IMG/VR virus record: IMGVR_UViG_3300016476_000735
Coordinates: 1-27,944 of that record
Length of the DNA stretch: 27,944 bases
Reading direction: 5' to 3' (one strand)
Origin: a virus
Taxonomy: Duplodnaviria > Caudoviricetes
Part shown: positions 26,379-27,944 of the stretch, in pieces
How the letters are laid out: each line of letters begins with the position of its first letter
Position numbering within the stretch: position 1 is the stretch's first letter
Notes under the pieces: model-generated
Told to the model about the DNA's origin: nothing
Database searches by the model: none
Seen by the model: the letters and a program-made list of their open reading frames with translations, nothing else
Translations under genes and position numbers: made by a program

Positions 26379-27191
26379 ATGAAAATGAGAAGAGTATGGC
26401 ATGGGTATTTGGAAAAATACCCAGCCGATCCAGATACTGCATTAGCAAAATTGCTTCATTGGCACCGTGGTTATAAACCAACTGCCACCAGCGCCTATCC
26501 TGAACCATTTAATCTTATAGCGGCCAGTGCATGGCGCACACGGCCCGCTATTCCTGATTATAAACATGCTATTATTTTTAAGGATGAATCTACGGACTAT
26601 TGGGTTATAGCTATTGGAACTATAGACTTGGCACATGCTGATATACATGCATGGATGATGAAAGAATTTAGTTTAGGTGCAGTTGCAGTATGGACTAATG
26701 ATGGCGCACTATTTCCTAGACCACAACCAACATACTATGCCATGGATGATGAGCCCGGCACAAATGGCTCTGTAAGCAAAGATCCTGTGACACTGACACA
26801 GCGTTTATTGGACATGGACAAGTATCGTGTGGGTGAGCTTGACCTAAAGCAATTCTATCCAGAAAAATTTAAGCTAACGGAAAAGCATTTAGTTATACTA
26901 GCAGATTACAAGCCAGACTCGCAGGGCAATTATCCTACTAGGGCTAGGACAAAACCAAAAAATCCAAAATTACCTGGCCAGGGCAGTGGTAACAGTCGTT
27001 GTGTTTATACACCTATGGGAGTATATCCCAGCATTAAATTGGCCGCGGAAGCAAATGGTATGACCATGAGCAAAATGTATGCTAATATCAGCGGATCGGT
27101 TCAAGGTTATGGTTATCTAAGTAGAGAAGAATATCTTCGACAGACAACATTAAATATCAGTGAAGATACACAGAGTGTAGCTTCCAACTAG
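26379..27191 (+). CDS. Hypothetical protein with C-terminal NUMOD1-like HTH
   Basis: VYTPMGVYPSIKLAAEANG...ANI.G...GY.YLSREEY parallels the C-terminus of 1107..1613. Confidence 0.7.
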   Translation: MKMRRVWHGYLEKYPADPDTALAKLLHWHRGYKPTATSAYPEPFNLIAASAWRTRPAIPDYKHAIIFKDESTDYWVIAIGTIDLAHADIHAWMMKEFSLGAVAVWTNDGALFPRPQPTYYAMDDEPGTNGSVSKDPVTLTQRLLDMDKYRVGELDLKQFYPEKFKLTEKHLVILADYKPDSQGNYPTRARTKPKNPKLPGQGSGNSRCVYTPMGVYPSIKLAAEANGMTMSKMYANISGSVQGYGYLSREEYLRQTTLNISEDTQSVASN

Positions 27192-27275
27192 TTCTACAGA
27201 GTAGTGCTAGAGACCTTTTGTAGATTACTTGCAAGTTTGACTACACTGGTCGTAATTTAATATGTTAATATAATT

Positions 27276-27305
27276 GGCCACACTTTAACCGGTGTGGCTT
27301 TTTTT
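27276..27305 (+). terminator. Rho-independent terminator (+)
   Basis: GGCCACAC-TTTAACCG-GTGTGGCT followed by a T run. Confidence 0.85.
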
Positions 27306-27309
27306 AACC

Positions 27310-27340
27310 AAAAAAAAAGTCCCAGTGGAAACGCTGGGAC
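27310..27340 (-). terminator. Rho-independent terminator (-)
   Basis: A9 run then GTCCCAG...CTGGGAC stem, downstream of the minus-strand genes. Confidence 0.8.
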
Positions 27341-27381
27341 CAGGTCTGAGGATAAAAAGCCTAATGGCCTTTCTATATTAC

Positions 27382-27717
27382 TTATGCGGCCTTTTGGATG
27401 CTACCGGGATAGAATTTGTCCGGATGCTGTTCGCACCACTCACACCACCAAACATGTTGGTCACCTGCAGGCAGCAAGTCCATGCTCTCCCAACCATCGG
27501 GCTCAAACTGCCGCCAGCCTGCATGATCAATGTATTCGCTGGCAAACAAGTGACGGGCGGCATCATATTCAGTCATCTCCACCGGCAAGCGAATCATCAA
27601 GACATGCTCATGACCGACCTTACGCAGATGTTTACTGCGACCAACATCGTTAGCAAAGCGCAGTTTCCACTGGCCCTTGTAAAAACTCCAACCTGCGTAT
27701 GTATAAGTCTTGCTCAT
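27382..27717 (-). CDS. Hypothetical early protein (K.RFAND...L...GH....I.LP..M family)
   Basis: Start MSKTYTYAG at 27717 with GGAG RBS, 1 nt after the upstream stop. Confidence 0.75.
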   Translation of the reverse strand: MSKTYTYAGWSFYKGQWKLRFANDVGRSKHLRKVGHEHVLMIRLPVEMTEYDAARHLFASEYIDHAGWRQFEPDGWESMDLLPAGDQHVWWCEWCEQHPDKFYPGSIQKAA

Positions 27718-27718
27718 T

Positions 27719-27874
27719 TTATTGCTCCAGTTCCGCATCAAGTTTGATAGCGTCTAGGGTAATTTGCAAGAACTCTTCAAAAGTCTTGTCAAAGTTACCA
27801 GTTGCCCACAAGTCCTTTGCATCGCTAACAATGCATTGAACTTCTACAAAAATTGCCATTTGCTCTTTCGTCAT
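27719..27874 (-). CDS. 51-aa acidic hypothetical protein (absent from ORF track)
   Basis: MTKEQMAIFVEVQCIVSDAKDLWATGNFDKTFEEFLQITLDAIKLDAELEQ; AAAGGA RBS. Confidence 0.75.
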   Translation of the reverse strand: MTKEQMAIFVEVQCIVSDAKDLWATGNFDKTFEEFLQITLDAIKLDAELEQ

Positions 27875-27933
27875 TTTTAGATCCTTTCTTGAATGACTAT
27901 GGACGAAGCACTATTGCTTGCGTCCATGTATTG

Positions 27934-27939
27934 ATTATA
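27934..27939 (-). promoter_or_regulatory. Sigma70-type -10 box TATAAT (early promoter), followed by a 5' leader hairpin at 27899-27927
   Basis: Perfect TATAAT on the minus strand; -35 region falls outside the window. Confidence 0.6.
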
Positions 27940-27944
27940 GTCTC

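Larger units (their letters stand above)
1..27944 (+). mobile_element. Tailed phage (siphovirus-like) genome segment with complete head and non-contractile tail module
   Basis: Canonical gene order TerS-TerL-portal-scaffold-MCP-connectors-tube-chaperone-TMP-tip-fibres; no tail sheath; no host housekeeping genes. Confidence 0.95.

Noticed and set aside
27192-27225. TTCTAC...GTAGAT resemblance to a Cas12a repeat handle (RNA anti-CRISPR)
   Set aside because: Intervening sequence is much longer than the 4-5 nt loop and the 5' AATT is absent
27292-27747. Plus-strand ORFs 27292..27747 and 27294..27653
   Set aside because: They start inside a terminator and oppose RBS-supported minus-strand genes
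1-27944. Stop-codon reassignment or terminal repeats
   Set aside because: Genes are intact and tightly packed in code 11; window ends share no visible repeat, so the genome is probably incomplete

Overview
This window is a ~28 kb, almost entirely + strand segment of a tailed phage with a complete siphovirus-type morphogenesis module. The order is TerS, TerL, portal, scaffold, major capsid, connectors, tail tube, tail chaperone with a lambda-type GGGAAAG -1 frameshift, tape measure, distal tail, hub, GNAT, tail tip and two long fibres. Upstream lie small unknown genes, a paralogous pair of NUMOD-like DNA-binding proteins and two structured non-coding regions; the window ends in a divergent, sigma70-type early cassette. 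The most striking signal is regulatory. The hexamer TAAATA, the core of the T4-superfamily gp55 late promoter, sits at about 10 gene boundaries. Two copies lie within hairpins that hide the RBS and start codon, as in T4 late genes, and a cUUCGg terminator precedes another. No sigma factor, clamp, polymerase, helicase, integrase or endolysin is recognisable in the window. Working hypothesis (inference): a small siphovirus that builds its own virion but borrows late transcription, and perhaps replication and lysis, from a large T4-like helper phage. Protein calls come from motifs and synteny read by eye; no database searches were run.
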